Shown: positions 1 to 7,402 of the stretch, in pieces
Position numbering within the stretch: position 1 is the first letter of the stretch
Layout of the letters: every line of letters starts with the position of its first letter
DNA from: Dickeya dadantii NCPPB 898
GTDB taxonomy: Bacteria; Pseudomonadota; Gammaproteobacteria; Enterobacterales; Enterobacteriaceae
NCBI RefSeq assembly: GCF_000406145.1
Contig: NZ_CM001976.1
Location: 1,634,078-1,652,450, forward strand
Direction of reading: 5' to 3'
Length of the DNA stretch: 18,373 nucleotides
The notes under the pieces: generated by a model
Databases searched by the model: none
What the model was told of the DNA's origin: nothing
What the model saw: only the letters and a program-made list of their open reading frames with translations
Position numbers and translations under genes: made by a program

Positions 1-31
1 GCCCGTGCCGCGTCTGGAACGCGTCACGGGC
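1..31. other. Interrupted GC-rich hairpin at the window edge
   Basis: GCCCGTG (1-7) pairs with CACGGGC (25-31). The inner CGCGT (9-13) pairs with ACGCG (19-23), leaving loop CTGGA. No U-tract follows. It could be the end of an upstream transcript or a REP-like element. Confidence 0.4.
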
Positions 32-102
32 GGCCCGAACAGCGAAGGCGAACGCCGAAGGCACCGCGTTAGCGGCACAGTTTAGCCTGTCAGCCAGAGG
101 TC

Positions 103-131
103 AAGGAGAGGCGGCGTGTGAGCCTCTCCTT
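103..131. other. 10-bp perfect stem hairpin (terminator-like, no U-tract)
   Basis: AAGGAGAGGC (103-112) and GCCTCTCCTT (122-131) are exact reverse complements around a 9-nt loop. Neither strand has a T-run after the stem, so a classical intrinsic terminator is not supported. Confidence 0.45.
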
Positions 132-204
132 GTCGTGCGTGCGATGAAGTTGCAAAGAACTCACTCAGTTTATCAAGCACGAAATGTCGCACGGCCCCGG
201 CAAG

Positions 205-216
205 GTTACCGGTAAC
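205..216. repeat. Perfect 12-bp palindrome GTTACCGGTAAC upstream of the transporter operon
   Basis: Read directly: GTTACCGGTAAC is its own reverse complement. It lies about 80 nt upstream of the GTG start at 294. Function unknown; it may be a dimeric regulator site. Confidence 0.3.
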
Positions 217-227
217 AAAAATAACGC

Positions 228-245
228 GGCTGTTTATTAACAGCC
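228..245. other. Small hairpin GGCTGTT-TATT-AACAGCC in the operon leader
   Basis: The 7-bp stem (228-234 / 239-245) with a 4-nt loop is read directly. It lies about 50 nt upstream of the first CDS. Confidence 0.35.
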
Positions 246-293
246 CCAACTGTCTGTCAACAGTTCAACCTGTAGGGTAGATCACATAGAATC

Positions 294-1211
294 GTGAATA
301 AGTATTTGCTTTCGCGCCGCCGATTGCTGCGGTTGTCGTTAAGCCTGTTGCCACTGGGACTGGGCCGGCCTGCGCTGGCCCAGTCCTTGTTTATGCCGCA
401 ACGGGTCATTACCCTGTTTCAGGGCGCCACGGATACCGCGGTGGCGCTGGGGATCACGCCCGCCGGCGTAGTGGATTCGTGGAGCGAGAAGCCGATGTAT
501 CGCTACCTGCGCCAGGCGCTGGCCGGGGTACCGCATGTGGGGCTGGAAACCCAGCCCAGCCTGGAAGACATCGTGCTGCTGAAGCCCGACGCCATCGTCG
601 CGTCGCGCTTTCGTCATCAGCGGCTGGAGCCGCTGCTGTCGCAGATTGCGCCGGTGGTGATGCTGGATGAAATCTACCAGTTCAAAAAAACGGTGCAGGT
701 AATGGGGCAGGCGCTTCAGCGTCAGGCGGTGGCCGATCAGTTGCTGCAACACTGGCAGCAGCGGGTGAACGGGTTGCGTGAGCAGTTGCAGCGCAAATTC
801 GGCGGCGACTGGCCGCCGACCGTGTCGATACTGGATATCCGCGAAGACCATATCCGCAGCTATTTGCCCGGCAGTTTTCCCGGCTCGGTGCTGAGCGAGC
901 TGGGGTTCGGCTGGAGCGACGCCAGCCGCGCCCAGCCGGGCGTCTCCCTCAAACTGACCAATAAAGAGAGTATCCCGGTGGTGGATGCCGACATCTTTTT
1001 CATTTTCCTGCGATCCGAGAGTCCGTCTGTGCAACGCAACTATGAGTCGCTGATTCGTCACCCGCTGTGGCAGCAATTACGCGCCCCGCGGCGCAATCAG
1101 GTGTGGGTGGTGAATGGCGTCACCTGGAGCCTGTCCGGCGGTATTCTGGGCGCCAACATGATGCTGGACGATATCGCCCGGGTCACCGGCATCGCCGGAG
1201 GCGCGTCATGA
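294..1211 (+). CDS. Periplasmic Fe(III)-siderophore/ferric-citrate-type substrate-binding protein (FecB/CbrA-like, ABC importer)
   Basis: 305-aa ORF with a GTG start. The N-terminus [29 protein letters not shown] looks like a signal peptide with an RR motif. The body resembles type-III (FecB/FhuD/FepB class) binding proteins: [21 protein letters not shown] and [15 protein letters not shown]. It is followed by two FecCD permeases and an ATPase. It resembles the achromobactin CbrA of Dickeya/Pseudomonas, but I cannot confirm that identity. Confidence 0.85.
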   Translation: MNKYLLSRRRLLRLSLSLLPLGLGRPALAQSLFMPQRVITLFQGATDTAVALGITPAGVVDSWSEKPMYRYLRQALAGVPHVGLETQPSLEDIVLLKPDAIVASRFRHQRLEPLLSQIAPVVMLDEIYQFKKTVQVMGQALQRQAVADQLLQHWQQRVNGLREQLQRKFGGDWPPTVSILDIREDHIRSYLPGSFPGSVLSELGFGWSDASRAQPGVSLKLTNKESIPVVDADIFFIFLRSESPSVQRNYESLIRHPLWQQLRAPRRNQVWVVNGVTWSLSGGILGANMMLDDIARVTGIAGGAS

Positions 1212-2230
1212 GTCATGCCGTGATACCGGCCGGGAAGCGGATAGCGCCCGGTCAGGTGCTGGCGGGCGGCGGCGTCTGCCTGCTGGCGCTGGCCGTTCTC
1301 AGTCTGATGGTTGGGCCGGTGTGGATTGCGCCGTCGCAGGTGCTGGGTGCGCTGTGGCACCCGGATCCGCTCAACGTCAGCCATATTCTGGTCACCTCGA
1401 CCCGCCTGTCGCGCACGTTGATCGCCATCGTGGTGGGCGCCGGTCTGGCGGTGGCGGGCGCGTTGATGCAGGTGCTGACCCGTAACCCGCTGGCGTCGCC
1501 GGGTTTGTTCGGTATCAACGCCGGGGCGATGTTTTTTCTGATTGTCTGTGTGTCGCTGTTTCCCAAAGTGGCGATGTCGGTATGGCTGTGGTCGGCTTTT
1601 GCCGGCGCGGCGGTGGCCGGGTGTCTGGTATGGCTGATCGGCACCATGGGCAAGGGCAGTCTTAACCCGTTGCGTATGGTGCTGGCGGGCGCGGCCATCA
1701 CCGCCATGTTCGCCGCCTTCAGTCAGGCGATGCTGGTGGTGAATCAGGAAGGGCTGGATACGGTGCTGTTCTGGCTGGCGGGCTCGGTGGCCGACCGTGA
1801 GCTGGCGACGGTGCTGCCGCTGATGGGCTACTGCCTGGCGGCGTTGGTCGGTGCGCTGCTGTTGTCGGGGCAGGTCAACGTGCTGAACGCCGGGGAAGCT
1901 ATCGCCCGTGGATTGGGGCAACGCACCGGGCGCATCCGGCTGCTGATGAGCCTGCTGGTTGTGGCATTGGCCGGCGGCGCGGTGGCGATGGCGGGCAGTA
2001 TCGGCTTTGTCGGGCTGATTGTGCCGCACATGGCCCGCAAACTGTTGCCCGCCGATCACCGCTGGCTGTTGCCCGGCTGCGCGCTGCTGGGGGCGTGCCT
2101 GTTGTTGCTGGCGGATATTCTGGCGCGGGTGGTGATTGTGCCGCAGGAGGTGCCGGTCGGCGTGATGACCGCGTTGTTCGGCGCGTCGTTCTTTATTTTC
2201 CTGCTGCGGCGCGGAGGTCGTTATGGATAA
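1208..2230 (+). CDS. FecCD-family iron-siderophore ABC permease (first of two)
   Basis: The ATG at 1208 overlaps the upstream stop (ATGA, 1208-1211). The protein is hydrophobic and multi-pass, with FecCD-type motifs ([31 protein letters not shown]). The 47 codons upstream in the track ORF (1067-1207) lie inside the previous gene and are Arg/Gly-rich nonsense. Confidence 0.9.
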   Translation: MSHAVIPAGKRIAPGQVLAGGGVCLLALAVLSLMVGPVWIAPSQVLGALWHPDPLNVSHILVTSTRLSRTLIAIVVGAGLAVAGALMQVLTRNPLASPGLFGINAGAMFFLIVCVSLFPKVAMSVWLWSAFAGAAVAGCLVWLIGTMGKGSLNPLRMVLAGAAITAMFAAFSQAMLVVNQEGLDTVLFWLAGSVADRELATVLPLMGYCLAALVGALLLSGQVNVLNAGEAIARGLGQRTGRIRLLMSLLVVALAGGAVAMAGSIGFVGLIVPHMARKLLPADHRWLLPGCALLGACLLLLADILARVVIVPQEVPVGVMTALFGASFFIFLLRRGGRYG

Positions 2231-3272
2231 GCGTGGGGGCATGGATCATGTGCTGGTGTGGCGGCAGGGGCGTTTTTCCCGTCAGATCAACCTGACCACC
2301 GTCGGCCGGGTGTCGCTGGCGTTGTTGCTGGTGCTGGCGGTGATGGTGGCATCGCTTGGCGTAGGCAAACTGATGCTGTCGCCGTGGGAGGTATTGCGGG
2401 CGCTGTGGTCGTCGCAGCCGGAAGGCGCGGCGTTGATCGTACAGCAGTTACGGTTGCCGCGCGTGGTGTTGGCTGCATTGGTAGGCGGCGCGCTGGCGGT
2501 ATCCGGGCTGATTTTGCAAGCGATGATCCGCAATCCGCTGGCTTCGCCGGACATTCTGGGCATCACCAGCGGCGCCAGCGCGGCGGCGGTATTCTATCTG
2601 TCGTTTCTCGCCGCCACGCTGGGGGCGCACTATCTGCCGCTGGCGGCGATGATCGGGGCCGCGACGGCGGCGCTGGCGGTGTATTGGCTGGCGTGGCAAG
2701 CGGGCGTATCGCCGCAACGGCTGGTGCTGACCGGCGTCGGCGTGTCGGCGTTGTTGACGGCCGCCACCACCTTCATGCTGGTGTTCAGCCCGCTGACCAC
2801 CACGTTGTCGGCTTATGTCTGGCTGACCGGCAGCGTCTATGGCGCCAGTTGGCGAGAAACCCGCGAGCTGGGAGGCTGGCTGCTGCTGATTGCGCCGTGG
2901 CTGGTGCTGCTGGCGCGTCAGGTACGGGTGCAGCAACTGGATGACGGGCTGGCGCAGGGCATCGGCGTGCGGGTGCAGTGGCTGCGCGTGGCGTTGCTGC
3001 TGCTGAGCGTGGCGCTGGCGGGCGCGGCGATCGCCTGGGGCGGCGCGATGGCGTTCGTCGGGTTGATCGCGCCGCACATCGCCAAACGGCTGGTGGCGCC
3101 GGGGTTTGCCGGGCAGGCGGCGATGGCGTTTCTGAGCGGCGCCGGGCTGGTGATGGTGGCGGACCTGTGCGGACGAACCCTGTTTTTGCCGCTGGATCTG
3201 CCCGCCGGGATTTTTGTATCGGCGCTGGGCGCGCCGTTCTTTCTGTATTTACTGATAAAACAACGTCATTAA
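2223..3272 (+). CDS. FecCD-family iron-siderophore ABC permease (second of two)
   Basis: The ATG at 2223 is preceded by GGAGG (2213-2217) and overlaps the upstream stop by 8 nt. FecCD motifs are present ([32 protein letters not shown]). An alternative ATG at 2241 is less likely. Confidence 0.9.
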   Translation: MDKRGGMDHVLVWRQGRFSRQINLTTVGRVSLALLLVLAVMVASLGVGKLMLSPWEVLRALWSSQPEGAALIVQQLRLPRVVLAALVGGALAVSGLILQAMIRNPLASPDILGITSGASAAAVFYLSFLAATLGAHYLPLAAMIGAATAALAVYWLAWQAGVSPQRLVLTGVGVSALLTAATTFMLVFSPLTTTLSAYVWLTGSVYGASWRETRELGGWLLLIAPWLVLLARQVRVQQLDDGLAQGIGVRVQWLRVALLLLSVALAGAAIAWGGAMAFVGLIAPHIAKRLVAPGFAGQAAMAFLSGAGLVMVADLCGRTLFLPLDLPAGIFVSALGAPFFLYLLIKQRH

Positions 3273-3280
3273 GGAAACGG

Positions 3281-4093
3281 ATGATGACCGCCATTACCAG
3301 CCGGGAACTGACCCTCGGCTATGCCAGCCAGACTATTATCGACAACCTGGATATCCAGTTGCCGAAGGGCAAAGTGTCGGTGCTGATTGGCAGCAACGGC
3401 TGCGGCAAAAGTACGTTGCTCAAATCCTTCGCCCGTTTGCTCAAACCGCTGAAAGGCGCGGTGATCCTCAATGGCGAGGATATCCACCGCCAGTCCACCG
3501 CCGCCGTGGCGCGCGAACTGGCGATTTTGCCGCAGATGCCGGACGCGCCGGAAGGCATTACCGTGAAACAGCTGGTCAGCCTGGGCCGCTATCCTTATCA
3601 GAACTGGCTACAGCAGTGGTCGGAGCAAGACGAGGCGATGGTGAATCAGGCTCTGCGCCAGACCGGCACCGACATGCTGGCGGAGCGACCGGTGGATGCG
3701 TTGTCCGGCGGCCAGCGCCAGCGGGTGTGGATCGCCATGACGCTGGCGCAGGACACCGAGGTGGTACTGCTGGACGAACCCACCACCTTCCTCGATCTGG
3801 CGCATCAGATCGAGGTGCTGGATTTACTGCGTGAGTTGAACCGCCAGCACGGCAAAACCATCATTATGGTGCTGCACGACCTCAATCTGGCCTGCCGTTA
3901 CGCCGACCACATGGTGGCGGTGCATAACCGCACCGCTTTCGCGCAGGGCGCGCCGGCTGAGATTCTGGATGAGGCGCTGGTTAAAACGGTGTTCAATCTG
4001 GACTGTCGGATCGTCCCCGACCCGTTTTTCCACACGCCATTGTGTATTCCATTCGGTCGCGAGAAACCGCAGGAGAGGGCGACAGTGGCGTAA
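3281..4093 (+). CDS. Iron-siderophore ABC transporter ATP-binding protein (FecE/FepC/CbrD-like)
   Basis: The ATG at 3281 follows AAGGAA (3271-3276). Motifs present: Walker A GSNGCGKST, signature LSGGQRQR, Walker B VVLLDEPT, H-loop VLHD. The track ORF's upstream extension (2978-3280) overlaps the permease gene and is not coding. Confidence 0.93.
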   Translation: MMTAITSRELTLGYASQTIIDNLDIQLPKGKVSVLIGSNGCGKSTLLKSFARLLKPLKGAVILNGEDIHRQSTAAVARELAILPQMPDAPEGITVKQLVSLGRYPYQNWLQQWSEQDEAMVNQALRQTGTDMLAERPVDALSGGQRQRVWIAMTLAQDTEVVLLDEPTTFLDLAHQIEVLDLLRELNRQHGKTIIMVLHDLNLACRYADHMVAVHNRTAFAQGAPAEILDEALVKTVFNLDCRIVPDPFFHTPLCIPFGREKPQERATVA

Positions 4094-4188
4094 GTGTGGC
4101 CGGGTAAGCGAACCAACGTATCGGCAACGTGATGCAGGGCAGGGATAAACGCCCCGTTGACGACGTATCCACAATTTCAGGAAATACG

Positions 4189-4824
4189 ATGAGTTATCAA
4201 ATCATTCCCCGCGTGCCGCCGCTCAGTGACGAGCTGCTGGCAGGCTACCGTCAAATCAGCACCTCCACGCTGGGGCATTTGACGGAAACCGGCTATTTAC
4301 AGGGCATCCGGCCGCTGCTGCCGGACATGCAGATGGTTGGCAACGTAGTGACGGTCAAACTGTGCCCGCCGGATGGCGGCATACTGCGCGAGGCGCTGCT
4401 GCTGAGCCAGCCCGGCGATGTGCTGGTGGTCGATGCGTCGGAGGAGGAAGATCGCGCCTGCTGGGGCGAGCTGCGTGCGCTGGCGGCGTGTGTGAAAGGG
4501 CTGGCGGGGGTGGTGATAGCGGGGGCGGTGACGGATTCACGCGCGCTGCGTCAACTGGGGCTGCCGGTGTTCTGCAAAGGCGTCAGCGCCATTACCACCC
4601 GCACGCTGGGAACCGCAGGCGCGATCAATGTACCGGTGACGGTAGCGGGCGAGGCGGTGCACCCCGGTGATGTGGCGATTGGTGATGACGACGGGGTGTT
4701 TATCCTGAGTCCTTCAGCCGCCCGCGACTGGCTGGCGAAGGCGTTAGACAAGGAGCACGCCGACGCTGAGCGGCGGGACGCGCTGCGGCGGAAATTGCTT
4801 GAGTCCTCTTCTGCCACGGTGTGA
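4189..4824 (+). CDS. RraA-family protein / class II HMG-CHA aldolase-oxaloacetate decarboxylase-like; the C-terminus is probably replaced by IS-derived sequence
   Basis: The ATG at 4189 follows AGGA (4178-4181). The sequence has the RraA/dimethylmenaquinone-methyltransferase-like fold pattern (GDVLVVD....WGELRALAA...GLAGVVIAGAVTD, GDVAIGDDDGVFIL). The last few codons (about 4806-4824) overlap the point where minus-strand IS630 homology fades, so the native 3' end may be missing. Confidence 0.75.
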   Translation: MSYQIIPRVPPLSDELLAGYRQISTSTLGHLTETGYLQGIRPLLPDMQMVGNVVTVKLCPPDGGILREALLLSQPGDVLVVDASEEEDRACWGELRALAACVKGLAGVVIAGAVTDSRALRQLGLPVFCKGVSAITTRTLGTAGAINVPVTVAGEAVHPGDVAIGDDDGVFILSPSAARDWLAKALDKEHADAERRDALRRKLLESSSATV

Positions 4825-5436
4825 CCTCGCGTTTTTGCTGTCCGTGCAGCCGCCAGTCCGCACCGATTTTCGGGTTGAGGTGGATATCCACTTCATCTTC
4901 ATAAAAGACCGGATATTCTGCGCTACATGCGTCCAGCGCTTTATGGATGGTCGCCATCTTTTCATCTGTATGCGGGTCACGGATATGCAGGGTTGGTGCG
5001 GCCCTGCGCCATACTAACCCGGCTCACGGCAACCAGCGCCGGACAGTGCCAGCATGTAAAGTGCATCCGGTTATCTGTTTGATTTTTATTGCCAGTAGCT
5101 CCGTGCTCCAGCGTGAGGGCTGATAACCAAAATCACCGGGAGAGTGTTTTATCCGTTCACGAAGCAATGCGCAGATATGCTCAAAGGGCCAACGACGGGA
5201 ACGCCCTGCGGGTAAGGATTTCAGGCCTTCAACACCTGACAGCGTAAACCAGTGAATCCAGCGCCCGACGGATGAACGGGCGCAGCAGAGCGTTCTGGCG
5301 ACGTCACTGACACTGTCTCCGCGATGCAGCATCAGCATGGCTGTCAGCCTGCGGGCATGATTTTATCGCGTGTTTTATGGGTTGCTTTCTGCATCAGGCG
5401 TCGTTCGTCACGGGGTATTGTTGCTATGATCGGCAT
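4810..5436 (-). pseudogene. Decayed, 3'-truncated IS630-family transposase (HTH N-terminus plus the start of the DDE domain)
   Basis: Minus-strand reading from the ATG at 5436 gives MPIIATIPRDERRLMQKATHKTRDK, then a frameshift. The 5338-5024 ORF continues MLMLHRGDSVSDVARTLCCARSSVGRWIHWFTLSGVEGLKSLPAGR...RRWLP. An in-frame TGA sits at 5026-5024. The same frame then continues AGLVWRRAAPTLHIRDPHTDEKMATIHKALDACSAEYPVFYEDEVDIHLNPKIGADWRLHGQQKR. These strings match my recollection of enterobacterial IS630-family transposases. Homology stops after about 200 of roughly 340 residues. The left boundary is approximate. Confidence 0.8.
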
Positions 5437-5537
5437 CGCTCAGTCCGGTTGGTGATAGGGTTGGTTTGGCGATTGATCAGATCGCACAATCCGGGCTGAG
5501 TTCCCTTTAAGTGATCTACTATTCCGCGCGGCTATTT

Positions 5538-5545
5538 ACTATAGT
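5538..5545 (+). promoter_or_regulatory. Palindrome ACTATAGT containing a TATAGT -10-like hexamer, 6 nt before the regulator's ATG (possible leaderless promoter/operator)
   Basis: ACTATAGT (5538-5545) is a perfect 8-bp palindrome. TATAGT (5540-5545) matches TATAAT at 5 of 6 positions. The ATG at 5552 has no Shine-Dalgarno sequence. I found no convincing -35. Confidence 0.25.
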
Positions 5546-5551
5546 GGCACG

Positions 5552-6118
5552 ATGAGCAAAGAAACTAACATGGATAAACGTATCGCAGCGCGTATTCGCT
5601 CCGAGCGTGAAAGTAGAGGCTGGTCGCTTAGCGATCTGGCGGAGAAGGCTTCGGTGTCCCGGGCTATGATCCACAAGATCGAGCGTGGCGAGAGCAGCCC
5701 GACGGCAAACCTTCTTGGAAAACTCTCTGGAGCGTTTGGGTTGAGTATGTCGACGTTACTGGCACGTGCGGAAATGAAGCAAGGTCGTCTGCTTCGCGTG
5801 AATGATCAACCGACGTGGCAGGACCCAGAGACCGGGTACATAAGAAGGCATGTTTCTCCAGGTTCCGATCTTCCCTTCGATATTGTCCATATCACACTAC
5901 CTCCCGGGGAGAAAGTTCCCATGCCCGCATCTGCCTACGCTTTCCTGAGGCAGCTTGTCTGGGTTCTCTCGGGGGAGCTGGTTTTCGTTGAAGGCGACGT
6001 GACGCACGAGATGAAGCAGGGTGACTGTCTGGAACTCGGGCCGCCGACGGATTGCATCTTTAGGAACGCTACAAAGAAACCGTGCTCTTATGCGGTCATG
6101 GTCTTGAAGGTCTCGTGA
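5552..6118 (+). CDS. XRE-family transcriptional regulator with a C-terminal cupin domain
   Basis: The N-terminal HTH_3 pattern is RIRSERESRGWSLSDLAEKASVSRAMIHKIERGESSPTANLLGKLSGAFGLSMSTLL. The C-terminal beta-rich part (HITLPPGEKVPMPASAY...VLSGELVFVEGD...GDCLEL) is typical of a cupin sensor domain. An alternative ATG lies at 5570. Confidence 0.88.
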   Translation: MSKETNMDKRIAARIRSERESRGWSLSDLAEKASVSRAMIHKIERGESSPTANLLGKLSGAFGLSMSTLLARAEMKQGRLLRVNDQPTWQDPETGYIRRHVSPGSDLPFDIVHITLPPGEKVPMPASAYAFLRQLVWVLSGELVFVEGDVTHEMKQGDCLELGPPTDCIFRNATKKPCSYAVMVLKVS

Positions 6119-6187
6119 TTTGGCTTGCTCCCATTAGTCCACTATGATATACAAAATGACATCATAGTGTACTGGCGGGAGCAAGCC

Positions 6188-6700
6188 ATGATCATTCGGG
6201 ACGCCAAGTCCGACGACCTTGAAACGGTCGCCGATATCTACAACCATGCTGTGCTAAACACAACGGCCATCTTCAATGACACCACTGTCGATGTGGCCAA
6301 CCGCGCGATATGGCTAGCCGACAGGACACGACTTGGATACCCCGTCCTTGTTGCTCTGTCCGACGATGGTTCGGTTATGGGATATGCGTCCTTCGGCGAT
6401 TGGCGAGCATTCGACGGCTATCGACATACTGTTGAGCACTCGGTTTATGTTCACATCGACCATCGAGGCAAAGGTATCGCAGAAGCATTGATGAAGGCGT
6501 TGATCGAGCGCGCCCGGGCCATCGGCAAGCATTCTATGGTCGCCGGGATCGAATCTAAAAACGCTGCGTCCATCCGGCTGCATGAGAAGCTTGGATTCGG
6601 CCGCGTGGATCCAATTCCGCAGGTTGGCATGAAATTCGGCCAGTGGCTCGACCTGACATTCATGTTCCTGATCCTCGATGACAGGCCAACACCCAACTGA
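6188..6700 (+). CDS. GNAT N-acetyltransferase of the phosphinothricin / methionine-sulfoximine acetyltransferase (PAT/Bar/MnaT-YncA) family
   Basis: The ATG at 6188 follows GGGAG. IRDAKSDDLETVADIYNHAVLNTTAIFNDT...YPVLVA...GYASFGDWRAFDGYRHTVEHSVYVHIDHRGKGIAEALMKALIERARAIGKHSMVAGIESKNAASIRLHEKLGFGRV...GMKFGQWLDLTFM follows the PAT-family pattern as I recall it from Bar/Pat and YncA. The substrate is not determinable from sequence alone. Confidence 0.85.
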   Translation: MIIRDAKSDDLETVADIYNHAVLNTTAIFNDTTVDVANRAIWLADRTRLGYPVLVALSDDGSVMGYASFGDWRAFDGYRHTVEHSVYVHIDHRGKGIAEALMKALIERARAIGKHSMVAGIESKNAASIRLHEKLGFGRVDPIPQVGMKFGQWLDLTFMFLILDDRPTPN

Positions 6701-6852
6701 GGTGAAGGGGATGGGCAACCTTGCCTTATATTCTCCCCCGGTCGCCGCCGGAACAGCGATTGTGGCTCAAAACCTTCTCATGACGAAGAGAACTCGGTCA
6801 ATGCCGCAATGATCCTTGTCCCACTCATCATAAGATTCGGAATAATGTCGAT

Positions 6853-7233
6853 ATGGTAACTGCAAGCAACGATAGCCCGGCAACTAGAACTTTGGTCTCA
6901 AGTGCAGAGTACTCCCTTGTGGCGGACACAACTCCACCCAAGGGGGAGGGAGAGGGGTTTCGCCCGCACGAATTGCTTGAGTCAGCCCTTGCGAGCTGTA
7001 CGGCGATCACGGTGCGTTTGGCCGCAAAGGAGCGCGGCATTCCACTAAAGCACTTGAGCGTAAGGGTCGATCTGGACCGCACCGATCCTGTGCGGTTGGT
7101 CTTCCACACTGAAATCCAAATCGACAATGATCTCTCCGAGGTCGACCGTAACACCCTGATTGCCGCGGCTCGGCTATGCCCGGTCAGAAAGACGCTTTCC
7201 AGGGCCATCGCCTTCGAGGAGGAGGTGACGTGA
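6853..7233 (+). CDS. OsmC/Ohr-family (peroxiredoxin-like) protein
   Basis: GFRPHELLESALASCTAITVRLAAKERGIPL plus the distal RLCPVRKTL motif match the two-Cys OsmC-family signature. At 126 aa it is slightly short for the family, so the start is uncertain. Confidence 0.75.
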   Translation: MVTASNDSPATRTLVSSAEYSLVADTTPPKGEGEGFRPHELLESALASCTAITVRLAAKERGIPLKHLSVRVDLDRTDPVRLVFHTEIQIDNDLSEVDRNTLIAAARLCPVRKTLSRAIAFEEEVT

Positions 7234-7264
7234 TGTCATCAAAGGGCTTTTTCGGCCAGTAACC

Positions 7265-7300
7265 ATCCCCCCTGCAAAGCCGGGGGATTTCCCGATTGGT
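7265..7300 (+). terminator. Possible intrinsic terminator after the OsmC-like gene
   Basis: ATCCCCC (7265-7271) pairs with GGGGGAT (7282-7288) around loop CTGCAAAGCC. A T-containing but interrupted tail follows (TTCCCGATTGGTTT), so the U-tract is weak. Confidence 0.35.
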
Positions 7301-7402
7301 TTAATCCATCTGTTTTATCGAACAGCGTCAGACCAATAACGGGTATTATCATGACATCCAGCATTTTTATTTTCTGCCGATTGAATAACAGGAGCGGTGC
7401 CG

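Noticed and set aside
215-245. Fur box in AAAAATAACGCGGCTGTTTATTAAC
   Set aside because: It has only a loose AT-rich dyad resemblance to the 19-bp Fur consensus and a GC-rich centre. That is not enough to call without a matrix score.
1067-1207. N-terminal extensions of track ORFs (1067-1207 for the first permease, 2978-3280 for the ATPase, 4129-4188 for the RraA-like gene, 6125-6187 for the PAT-like gene, 11774-11806 for LysR)
   Set aside because: The extensions overlap the preceding genes or lack an RBS, and they read as nonsense. Internal ATGs with good Shine-Dalgarno sequences or stop-start overlaps give proteins of normal family length.
339-3294. Long minus-strand ORFs antisense to the transporter genes (339-1076, 1097-2242, 1252-1707, 2448-3077, 2785-3294) and same-strand off-frame ORFs (479-670, 2258-2944)
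   Set aside because: The translations are Arg/Gln/His/Pro/Gly-rich low-complexity strings with no recognisable domains. They are the usual shadow ORFs of high-GC coding DNA. The plus-strand frames carry clear FecB/FecCD/ABC motifs.
4700-5017. ORFs 4744-4980 (-) and 4799-5017 (+), and the tail of 4700-4957 (-) overlapping the RraA-like gene
   Set aside because: The first two are off-frame or antisense to the transposase remnant and have no motifs. The portion of the 4700-4957 ORF below about 4810 is antisense to a well-supported CDS and is Ala/Arg-rich noise.
5024-5338. A 104-aa helix-turn-helix ORF that could be annotated as an intact small regulator
   Set aside because: It is the middle piece of the IS630-family transposase. 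Upstream (5436-5340) and downstream (5023-4826) text continues the same protein after a frameshift and an in-frame TGA, so it is called part of a pseudogene.
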